A stretch of 62,917 bases of DNA, the filler included. It is 6 parts of 6 records of this genome, joined end to end, with 100 filler letters (N's around TTAATTAATTAA, not from the genome) between each part and the next. Parts side by side here need not be neighbours in the genome. Positions count along the whole stretch, not along the records: positions 1 to 30,996 come from SRR20825010_3254; 5 more parts are not named here. The stretch is one strand, 5' to 3'. Shown piece by piece: positions 19,389-27,780 of this stretch (its first letter is position 1; each line of letters begins with the position of its first letter). A program made the translations under genes and the position numbers. The notes beneath the pieces are model-generated. The model made no database searches. It was given only the letters and a program-made list of their open reading frames with translations, and was not told the origin of the DNA.

Positions 19389-22004
19389 TTACTCTATCCT
19401 TAAAGTTTCAACGGGGTTGGAACTTGCTACACGGTACGATTGTAAACTCACTGTCAGCAGTGCAATGAGCCAAGAACCAAACCCCACAATCAAAAAGATT
19501 CCAATGCCAATACCAATACTATTGGCATAACTAGCCAACCATTGATCCATCATATAATAAGTAATTGGTGCCGAGATTATAAATGCGATCAATACCAAAG
19601 CGGTAAATCTCTTCGAAAGAATCATTACTATTTGGCTTACCGAAGCACCCAACACTTTTCTTATTCCCATTTCCTTTAATCGTTGTTTCACCGTAAAAGA
19701 AGCCAAGCCGAAGAGCCCAAGGGAGGCAATGATAATGGCCAACACAGATAGAATACTGATCACTTTAGTCAGCTGTTGCTCCGATTGGTACATCTTATCG
19801 ATATGGTCATCTAAAAACTGATACTCAAACGGACGCTGAGGGTAAAGTGTAGACCATACGGATTCAATTTCAGCAAGTCCCTCTTGTAATTTATCTGCTT
19901 TCAGCTTCACATCCACTTCGCTCCAACCCCACGCCTGTTGACTCATGAAAAGTGGCTCTACTTTCAAATTGAGCTTATTGTAGCTAAAGTCCTTCACAAT
20001 CCCCACAACGGTTCCAAGCGTGTCGTTTCCGCCAAAATGGAATGGCATGCCCAGTACTTCTCGATCTCCTGCACCTAGCTCTTTGGCCAGCGTTTCATTC
20101 ACTACAAAGCTCAATCCTGCTTTATCATTAGCATACTGGTCACTCAGAGCCCTACCCTCTATAATTTCCATTTCAAAGAAGTCCATAAAGTTGTTGTCCA
20201 CCACAACAAACGAACTAGAACCATTAATCAAAGCAGTATCAGCCCTGTACTGCATGCTTGTCTGGTGTAAATTATTACCCAATCGCTGCGTAGTAGCGGT
20301 CACGTCCGTAATATTAGATTGATTTCTCAATTCCGTTTTGAATAATTCGTATTTCGAATTGGTATCATTATACATGTTGACAGTAACCACCAAGTCCTTT
20401 TTGAAGCCCAAATCGAGGTTCTGCATATAATTAAGCTGCTGAGTAGCCAACACAGTACCAATGATAATAGCGATAGCAATAGCATATTGAAACACTACCA
20501 ACGCATTTCTGAAGAAGGATTTACCAGCCTTCATTCCACTGCCTTTCAAAGCCATTACCGTATTGAAACCAGACATCACCAAAGCGGGATATACCCCAGA
20601 TAAGAAACCAATGACTATAGCAATCGCTAAAACCAGCATAAGGTGGAGTGGTTGGAAGAAAAACGATAGCTCAAGGTTTCTATCTATAATTCCGTTGAGA
20701 GGTCCAATGGCGGCAAAACTCAATAAAAAAGCAATGATTAACGCAATGAAGGATAACATGATCGACTCCATCATAAACTGCCCCGTAATCTGTCCTTTAT
20801 AGGCCCCTATTGACTTTCTAACACCGACCTCTCTAGATCGAGTAGCTGCTCTTGCAGTAGAAAGGTTCATGAAGTTGATACTGGCAATGAGCAGAACAAA
20901 AAATGCCAAAATCAGAAATATGTTTACTGAGCTACGCGCAAATTTCTTGTGGTTATTGTAGTCGTGCGTAATGTCCATGGAGCCCAAATGAACATCGGAC
21001 AAAGGTTGAAGAAATAGGGAGTAAAACTCCAACACCTCTTCGCCCATATATTTTACTAAAAAGTCATCAAACTTGGCTTCAAGCTTTTCTACATCTGTGT
21101 TATTCGCCAGCTGCAAATAGGTATTGAGGTAATTCGATCCCCATCCATTTCTTCTTTGTTCTGAATCCCAAAGTTTAGTGCTCGTCAAAGCATCGAATTG
21201 TAAATGAGAATTATCAGGCACATCTGCGAACACGCCTGTGACCTTTATTTGATTCTCGTCTCCCTCACCTGTTTTAATGACCTGGCCTATTGGGTTTTCA
21301 TCGCCAAAAATCCGCTTGGCCAATGTTTCACTTAAAATCAGGTTGTTAGGTTCATCAAATACGGAATACCTGTTTCCTTCTATCATCTGAAAATCGAACA
21401 TCTTCAAAAAGGAAGTATCTACTCGAACAAGGTTCTCGGTATAATGCGATTGATCTTTGTAGTTGACCAATGTTCTGCCCAATGTCCAGTAGCGAGTGAA
21501 ATCCGTGATTTCCGGATAATCAGCCAGTAGGTTTGGTCCCATGGGATACATAGAAAGCGCTACTTTTTGCTCTGAAACAGCACCAAAGCTCTGCACCTCG
21601 TCTAGTCGATAGATATTGTCCTTCTTTTCATGAAATCCATCGAAACTGAGTTCATTGTTTACAAAAAGAAGAATGAGAAGGCAAGAAGCCATCCCCAAGG
21701 CAAGTCCGAAAATATTAATGAATGAATAGCCCTTGTATTTGAGCAAATTGCGGAAGGTGATTTTGAAATAGTTTTTGTACATGACCAGTGGATTATAAAA
21801 TTTGAGTTTTCTTTTTAAACCAAAATTACGGAGTGAGCAAAGCACATCAATGAAGTAGTGCCATTTGGCTTTGGCATTGCTCATTTCATTGAGTCGCTCT
21901 TGAAAAAGTTCGGCTAAGTCGCCCTCTACCTCATCGTAGATTTCGGGAGCAATTATCCGTTTTAATAGTTTCCTTGACAATAAAGGAGGCTCTTGTTGTT
22001 TCAT
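19389..22004 (-). CDS. MacB/FtsX-type ABC transporter permease with N-terminal 'permease prefix' extension
   Basis: Two MacB-PCD/FtsX halves (INFMNLSTARA..R.REVGVRK, EMGIRKVLGA). Start at 22004 overlaps the padR stop (ATGA). Confidence 0.9.
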   Translation of the reverse strand: MKQQEPPLLSRKLLKRIIAPEIYDEVEGDLAELFQERLNEMSNAKAKWHYFIDVLCSLRNFGLKRKLKFYNPLVMYKNYFKITFRNLLKYKGYSFINIFGLALGMASCLLILLFVNNELSFDGFHEKKDNIYRLDEVQSFGAVSEQKVALSMYPMGPNLLADYPEITDFTRYWTLGRTLVNYKDQSHYTENLVRVDTSFLKMFDFQMIEGNRYSVFDEPNNLILSETLAKRIFGDENPIGQVIKTGEGDENQIKVTGVFADVPDNSHLQFDALTSTKLWDSEQRRNGWGSNYLNTYLQLANNTDVEKLEAKFDDFLVKYMGEEVLEFYSLFLQPLSDVHLGSMDITHDYNNHKKFARSSVNIFLILAFFVLLIASINFMNLSTARAATRSREVGVRKSIGAYKGQITGQFMMESIMLSFIALIIAFLLSFAAIGPLNGIIDRNLELSFFFQPLHLMLVLAIAIVIGFLSGVYPALVMSGFNTVMALKGSGMKAGKSFFRNALVVFQYAIAIAIIIGTVLATQQLNYMQNLDLGFKKDLVVTVNMYNDTNSKYELFKTELRNQSNITDVTATTQRLGNNLHQTSMQYRADTALINGSSSFVVVDNNFMDFFEMEIIEGRALSDQYANDKAGLSFVVNETLAKELGAGDREVLGMPFHFGGNDTLGTVVGIVKDFSYNKLNLKVEPLFMSQQAWGWSEVDVKLKADKLQEGLAEIESVWSTLYPQRPFEYQFLDDHIDKMYQSEQQLTKVISILSVLAIIIASLGLFGLASFTVKQRLKEMGIRKVLGASVSQIVMILSKRFTALVLIAFIISAPITYYMMDQWLASYANSIGIGIGIFLIVGFGSWLIALLTVSLQSYRVASSNPVETLRIE

Positions 22005-22330
22005 TCTTGAGTTGATAACTGTGGAATTACATTCCAAAAGGATTGACGCAATGATTGAGCTTCTTTCAAGGATTTGAAGCCGTAAGCAGTGACCTTAAAA
22101 AAACGCTTACTCTTCCCTCCTCTTGTTTTAGTTGCCCCACCTACACTGGATTCTAAAAAACCTTTTTCTTCCAACCGATATAATGCGGTATGGATGGCAC
22201 TGATATTCACTTTTCGACCAGCTTTCTCTTCGATTTCACATTTCACCAACACTGCATAAGCGTTGTCATTAAGTGCAGCAACCGCCAAAAGCACAAGTTC
22301 TTCGAATTCTCCTAGGTGTGTTCCTCTCAT
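22001..22330 (-). CDS. PadR-family transcriptional regulator
   Basis: LGEFEELVLLAV, LYRLEEKG, RGGKSKRFF. Confidence 0.92.
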   Translation of the reverse strand: MRGTHLGEFEELVLLAVAALNDNAYAVLVKCEIEEKAGRKVNISAIHTALYRLEEKGFLESSVGGATKTRGGKSKRFFKVTAYGFKSLKEAQSLRQSFWNVIPQLSTQE

Positions 22331-22591
22331 TGAATCAGTATTATCATCACTTTTGTAAACAATATACTCTAGCCAATCTAAAAAGTTACAATAGCGATCG
22401 ATTATTTCTTCCTATACGGCTGATAACTTGTGTAAATAAATCCATGCATTGTAGAAAAGAATCACAACATAATTAGGTGACTCATTAACACAAAAAAACC
22501 ATAATTACCTATATATCAATCACTTAAAATCAATAACCTACTTATGGAACGGCCGTTGCAATAATGGAAGCATCACTAAACATTAAAAATC

Positions 22592-22783
22592 ATGAGTGCA
22601 ACAACAGATAAAATCAAAGGAAATTGGAATCAATTAAAAGGTAAGGTAAAGCAAAAGTATGGCAGCCTTACTGAAGATGACTTAACATATGCAGAAGGTC
22701 AGGAAGATGAGCTTCTCGGTAGAATTCAGGAAAAGACGGGTGAGTCTAAGGAAAATGTGAAGAAATTCATCGACTCTCTCTAA
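22592..22783 (+). CDS. CsbD-family stress protein
   Basis: IKGNWNQLKGKVKQKYGSLTEDDL. Confidence 0.9.
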   Translation: MSATTDKIKGNWNQLKGKVKQKYGSLTEDDLTYAEGQEDELLGRIQEKTGESKENVKKFIDSL

Positions 22784-22801
22784 TCACTAGATAACCTTAT
22801 C

Positions 22802-22840
22802 AGTAGCCCAGTAGCATTCCTACAGGGCTACTCGTATTTT
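22802..22840 (+). terminator. Hairpin/terminator after csbD-like gene
   Basis: AGTAGCCC.GTAG-loop-CTAC.GGGCTACT stem with weak T tail. Confidence 0.5.
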
Positions 22841-22875
22841 ATAGCAACAATTATTATATACTAAATGCAACGATC

Positions 22876-23586
22876 ATGAACGACATAGACTTCAAAGGCT
22901 TAAAAGCGCTATACGTCAATTGTACTTTGAAAAAATCACCAGAAGAAAGTCACACTGATGGACTCATGAAAGTCTCTATGAACATCATGGAAAAGGAAGG
23001 AGTCACTGTTGACCATATGCGTTTGGTGGACCATGAAGTAGCTTTTGGTGTTTATCCTGATATGACTGAGCACGGTTGGGAAAAGGACGAATGGCCAGAA
23101 CTGGTGAAGCGGGTTCTAGATGCTGACATTCTAATTATCGGCACTCCTATTTGGCTGGGCGAAAAATCATCGGTAGCTCAAAAACTGATCGAACGAATTT
23201 ATGCCATGAGCGGCATGCAAAATGACAAAGGACAATACCTTTTTTATGGTAAAGTTGGCGGTTGCGTAATTACCGGTAACGAAGATGGCGTAAAGCACAA
23301 CGCTATGTCTATTCTATACGCATTACAGCATGTTGGTTATTCAGTAGCGCCTCAATCTGATTGTGGTTGGCTAGGCGAAATTGGCCCTGGGCCAAGTTAT
23401 TTAGACAAAGAGTCAAATGCCAGTCAAAATGATTTCACCAATAGAAATACCACTTTCATGACTTATAATCTCATGCATTTGGGGAAAATGCTAAAAGAAG
23501 CGGGGGGTTATTCAGCTTATGGAAACTCCAGAAAAGATTGGGATAACGGTAACAGATGGAGTTTTGAGAATCCTGAATACAGATAG
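22876..23586 (+). CDS. Flavodoxin-like / NADPH-dependent FMN reductase family protein
   Basis: NCTLKKSP..SHT, GTPIWLG, TGNEDG. Confidence 0.85.
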   Translation: MNDIDFKGLKALYVNCTLKKSPEESHTDGLMKVSMNIMEKEGVTVDHMRLVDHEVAFGVYPDMTEHGWEKDEWPELVKRVLDADILIIGTPIWLGEKSSVAQKLIERIYAMSGMQNDKGQYLFYGKVGGCVITGNEDGVKHNAMSILYALQHVGYSVAPQSDCGWLGEIGPGPSYLDKESNASQNDFTNRNTTFMTYNLMHLGKMLKEAGGYSAYGNSRKDWDNGNRWSFENPEYR

Positions 23587-23594
23587 CAAACGAG

Positions 23595-24005
23595 CTAAAT
23601 AGTAAGCCAAAAAATGATGTCCACCCTCCTATTCATCCGCCTACCGTAATTGGTTGAGTTGTCATAAGTGGGATTGAAAAGACCGAAATCTTTGATTTCA
23701 ACGGACTCTTTTTTAATGTTTTTATTTTCTAAGAGCAGTTTTATAACCGACTGACTTCGCGCCTCGGAAAGGAGTTCATTGTATTCACTTCCGCCTACAT
23801 CATCCGTATGGCTATGTACAGTAATCATGAAATTATGAACATTCGGAATGGAGTCGAGGAAAGCCAGTAACTGTTTAGATTCCTGTGAACTAACGTAAGA
23901 ACTCCCCCCTCTAAAAAAAACACTCCGAATATAAGAAGGATCTCCAACTTGCGCTTTGGTAGACATGCAACAGAAAATCAATATGGCGATCAAGAGGCTC
24001 TTCAC
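23595..24005 (-). CDS. OmpA-like peptidoglycan-binding domain protein
   Basis: Signal peptide; HTDDVG..EYN..LSEAR; NRRVDI. Confidence 0.85.
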   Translation of the reverse strand: MKSLLIAILIFCCMSTKAQVGDPSYIRSVFFRGGSSYVSSQESKQLLAFLDSIPNVHNFMITVHSHTDDVGGSEYNELLSEARSQSVIKLLLENKNIKKESVEIKDFGLFNPTYDNSTNYGRRMNRRVDIIFWLTI

Positions 24006-24106
24006 TCCCTTAATTTATAGCATAAAAATGATTTATACATATTTAATAAAACCAAACCGAATCAACAAGATGAATATTTCTGATATTCGGTAATTTAGAG
24101 GCCAAT

Positions 24107-24592
24107 ATGAAGAGGTTAGTTGTGATTATGGGAGTTTCAGGTGCTGGAAAAACGAGCATTGGCGAAGCCCTCTCTAAGTCTTTGAACATCCCTTTTCTCG
24201 ATGCTGATGATTTTCAAACCAAGGAAAATCTCAAGAAAATAAGCAGTGGAATTCCATTGAATGATGACGACCATTGGACTTGGTTGGCCTCAATAGTAGA
24301 GCATATTCTAAATGCCCATAGGTCAGAATTTATTCTGGCTTGTTCGGCTTTAAAGCAATCGTATCGCGATTAGCTATCTCAGCGCTTAACCATTGACTTG
24401 GTTTACTTAAAAACTTCAGAAGAAGAGGCCTTAGGACGTTTAGCAGATAGAAAACCTCAAGCATTACAGCGATACCTAGTTCAATCACAGTTGGCTATTT
24501 TGGAAGAACCAAAAGATGCAATAATTGTAAATGCAAAAAACAGTGTAGATAAGATCTTAGAAGAAATTGAAGGTCGGCTAAAGAGTAGATGA
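24107..24592 (+). pseudogene. gntK: Gluconokinase (GntK/IdnK) interrupted by in-frame TAG at 24371-24373
   Basis: GVSGAGKT P-loop, DADDF, ACSALK; the same frame continues after the TAG to SQLAILEEP. Several family motifs are degenerate. Confidence 0.75.
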
Positions 24593-24677
24593 TATTAATT
24601 TCTGGTTAAAGGATTTTAGTCAAAACCATCATTATTCGCATACTTTCGGTATTTTCACAAAGCACAAATGAGCCCTT

Positions 24678-25559
24678 ATGGAAGAGAGTATTAAAGAAAT
24701 AATGAATAACCCCACCATTAGTAATTTGGTGCTCATTTTTTTAGGCATTACGCTGATTTGGATCCTTATCAAGTTTATCCAAAACAAGTTCATAGGAAAA
24801 ATCAAAGCAGCCGATAACCGACACAGAACTAAAAAACTAACGGGTTTCATAGGCTATTTCCTGACTGTTATTCTTATTATCACAGTGTACAGCGATAGTT
24901 TAGGCGGTTTTGGTGTTGCCCTAGGTGTGGCGGGTGCGGGTATTGCTTTTGCCTTGCAAGAAGTAATTACCAGCGTAGCGGGTTGGCTGGCCATCGTATT
25001 TGGCAATTTCTATAAAACTGGCGACCGTGTTCAGTTGGGTGGAATTAAAGGTGATGTAATGGACATTGGCGTTTTACGCACCACCCTAATGGAAGTAGGG
25101 CAATGGGTAAATGGCGATCTTTACAATGGTAGAATCGTAAGAATTTCAAACAGCTTTGTATTTAAAGAGCCTGTTTTTAACTATTCCGCTGACTTTCCCT
25201 TTTTATGGGATGAAATGAGAATTCCACTCAAAACGGAATCGGATTACCAATATGCCAAGGACACTTTCTTGACTATTCTGGAAAGCTCTTTAGGTGATTT
25301 CACCAAAAACTCTCAGGAAGCTTGGGATCAGATGACCAAGAGTCTGTATGTTGAAAATGCACAAATCACCCCCATGGTGAGTATGTCGTTTAATGAAAGT
25401 TGGATGACCTTTACCCTTCGGTATATTGTAAATTATAAAATGCGCAGGACCACAAAAGACATGCTCTATATTCGAATATTAGAGGCCATTAGGAACAGTA
25501 ACGGCAAATTAAAAATTGCTTCTTCCGCTATAGAAATCACCAATATGAATAAGAAATAA
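24678..25559 (+). CDS. Small-conductance mechanosensitive channel (MscS family)
   Basis: Three TMs, GIAFALQE, GDRVQLGG..GDV.DIG..RT. Confidence 0.9.
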   Translation: MEESIKEIMNNPTISNLVLIFLGITLIWILIKFIQNKFIGKIKAADNRHRTKKLTGFIGYFLTVILIITVYSDSLGGFGVALGVAGAGIAFALQEVITSVAGWLAIVFGNFYKTGDRVQLGGIKGDVMDIGVLRTTLMEVGQWVNGDLYNGRIVRISNSFVFKEPVFNYSADFPFLWDEMRIPLKTESDYQYAKDTFLTILESSLGDFTKNSQEAWDQMTKSLYVENAQITPMVSMSFNESWMTFTLRYIVNYKMRRTTKDMLYIRILEAIRNSNGKLKIASSAIEITNMNKK

Positions 25560-25571
25560 GAAGGTAATCCA

Positions 25572-26288
25572 ATGGAAATAAAAGCTTTTAAAAATCCTGA
25601 ATCTACAGCAAAAGCATTTGCCGATTACTTGTCCGAAAAACAAGCTAGTGCTAACAGACTTAACATTGCACTTTCAGGAGGCTCAACCCCCAAGCTCTTA
25701 TTCGAGCTTTTAGTGAAAAAATATTGTGACGACATAGGATGGAACAAATTCCATTTTTACTGGGGAGATGAACGCTGCGTCCCTCCTACTTCTGGCGAAA
25801 GCAATTATGGCGTGACACATGAATTCCTCTTTCAGCATTTAGAAATTCCCGAAGAAAATATCCATCGGGTTTTGGGCGAAAGCACACCAGGTCAGGAAGC
25901 CATTCGGTACAGCCAATTAATCTTAGAAAACCTTCCCTTGGTCAACGGGCTTCCTCAATTCGACATAATAATACTCGGTTTGGGTGAAGACGGCCACACC
26001 GCTTCTATTTTTCCACATCAAATGGAATTGCTTACTTCTAAGGAAGTTTGTGAAGTAGCAGAGCACCCAACATCTGGGCAAAAGCGAATTACCCTTACAG
26101 GTTCAGTCATTAACAATGCCAAGGAAGTTTGCTTCTTGGTGACAGGTGAAGCCAAAGCCGAAAAAGTGAATGAAGTAATAAACATCACCGGTAGCTGTGA
26201 ACTTTACCCAGCGTCCTACATTAAGCCCACTCATGGTGAACTGATTTGGTTTTTAGATAAAGCCGCTTCTGAAAAATCAGAGCTTTAG
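25572..26288 (+). CDS. pgl: 6-phosphogluconolactonase
   Basis: ALSGGSTP, WGDERCVP, SNY, LGLGEDGHTASIFP, RITLT. Confidence 0.93.
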   Translation: MEIKAFKNPESTAKAFADYLSEKQASANRLNIALSGGSTPKLLFELLVKKYCDDIGWNKFHFYWGDERCVPPTSGESNYGVTHEFLFQHLEIPEENIHRVLGESTPGQEAIRYSQLILENLPLVNGLPQFDIIILGLGEDGHTASIFPHQMELLTSKEVCEVAEHPTSGQKRITLTGSVINNAKEVCFLVTGEAKAEKVNEVINITGSCELYPASYIKPTHGELIWFLDKAASEKSEL

Positions 26289-26888
26289 CCTTCTTACTTT
26301 CCATTCAGCCCAAAGCAGGTTTGGCACCCAACAAAGCCATGCGATGATTACATAAGCTGAGATAAAGTCCATTCCAAAACCTACCTGAAACATTGGCAAC
26401 CAAATGCGAAGTGTAACTGCAGCAAAAGTAAGTGCATAGCTCCTTATCATCCATTTTTCATGAAGGGAGACTTTACCTTTTCGTATCGTTCTATATCCCT
26501 GAACAGTAGTGTACAACCAAGCACAAGCCAAGCCGATAAAACCAAGTTTCGAAACCCAACCGCCTTCCGCATAGAAGGCAATGTTTAAACCCGATACACC
26601 ACTCAAGAGCACAGCAATCACATATACTTTACCCAAGTTTCGATGAAAGTTGAGGTACTTATTCCTGAATTTATTTATGAATTGAGACCAGCCTATCAAC
26701 AAAGCAAATCCCCCAAGGTAAATGTGAATATTAAATAGCACTCTCCACAACTCACTGGATTTCACCGTTTCTGACTTTTGGGAAAGTAGGCCGAATTGCT
26801 CTAAATTTTCTGTGAATATGTAGCCCAAAGGGTACAATCCAACACCGATGGCAAAAAAGATGATGATAAACCAGCCGATTTTTTTCAT
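26277..26888 (-). CDS. DUF2306-family membrane protein
   Basis: HR.LGKVY, H..WMIRSYALTFAAVTLR, WLCWVPN. Confidence 0.85.
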   Translation of the reverse strand: MKKIGWFIIIFFAIGVGLYPLGYIFTENLEQFGLLSQKSETVKSSELWRVLFNIHIYLGGFALLIGWSQFINKFRNKYLNFHRNLGKVYVIAVLLSGVSGLNIAFYAEGGWVSKLGFIGLACAWLYTTVQGYRTIRKGKVSLHEKWMIRSYALTFAAVTLRIWLPMFQVGFGMDFISAYVIIAWLCWVPNLLWAEWKVRRLKL

Positions 26889-27181
26889 ACCGAAATCATT
26901 TAAAAAATTATCTCCACACAATTCATGGATGGACTTATATGAGTCAAAAAATGAACTCTCCCACCTTACAAGATAAGACCTCCGTAATGAAAATAAAAGT
27001 GTAGATAAAAAGAGAAGTGCACAGCCCTATATATTGGCAACTCTGACCTAAAAAACTCCTCAACCCATCAATCACACTTAACCTACAAAAGCCTATTTAG
27101 AAAAAATCGAAAACCAATCTATTCAAACCAACACAAATAGAAATACAATAATTATATTTACCACTGATATAACTACATTCA

Positions 27182-27673
27182 ATGAAAAATATAATAGCAT
27201 TTAGCTTCTCACTTTTTCTTTTCAGTGCCTGCACAGACACATCCCCTGATATACTTTATACGGATCAAACCGCATATATTCAAAATGAGAGTCCAGACAC
27301 GATTTACATCTCATATAGTACCGAAAATCAAATTTTTGAAAACGAAGACAATAGTGACTTAAAAATTTTAAGTACCGTAAAGACCGACTCTGTATTACTG
27401 GGAAAGCGGTATGACAATGAGTATGGTGGCGGGTCTAAACATAAGATTTTAGAGCATATTTCTCTTGGTAGCCAAACTGCAATGACGCCAGATGAACTCA
27501 ACTCGAAGATTCACTATTTGAATATCTACAAAATAGTGGATGGAAATATTTTGAAAGCCAATATTGATTTAACTGCCTATAAGGCTTGGAACAAAACAAG
27601 GCCTTGGGATGACGATAGGACAGCTCGTACTCGAGAGTTTTATTTTTATGTAACAGATGATCTCTTTGAATAA
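27182..27673 (+). CDS. Hypothetical lipoprotein
   Basis: Lipobox FSAC after a hydrophobic stretch; AT-rich ORF. Confidence 0.65.
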   Translation: MKNIIAFSFSLFLFSACTDTSPDILYTDQTAYIQNESPDTIYISYSTENQIFENEDNSDLKILSTVKTDSVLLGKRYDNEYGGGSKHKILEHISLGSQTAMTPDELNSKIHYLNIYKIVDGNILKANIDLTAYKAWNKTRPWDDDRTARTREFYFYVTDDLFE

Positions 27674-27733
27674 GACCCTTGAACTTAGCGGCTACTAGTG
27701 TCCGTCAGAAAGAATTATGCATAAATAGAAAAT

Positions 27734-27775
27734 TAATATCTCAGCTCTTAGAAAAAACTAAGAGCTGAGATATTA
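27734..27775. terminator. Perfect 18-bp stem-loop between convergent genes
   Basis: TAATATCTCAGCTCTTAG-AAAAAA-CTAAGAGCTGAGATATTA. Confidence 0.7.
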
Positions 27776-27780
27776 CCTAA

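Noticed and set aside
24371-24373. Amber recoding (pyrrolysine or alternative genetic code) in gntK
   Set aside because: Other genes on the contig end normally at TAG (2267-2269, 4891-4893), no pyl genes are visible, and gntK motifs are degenerate.
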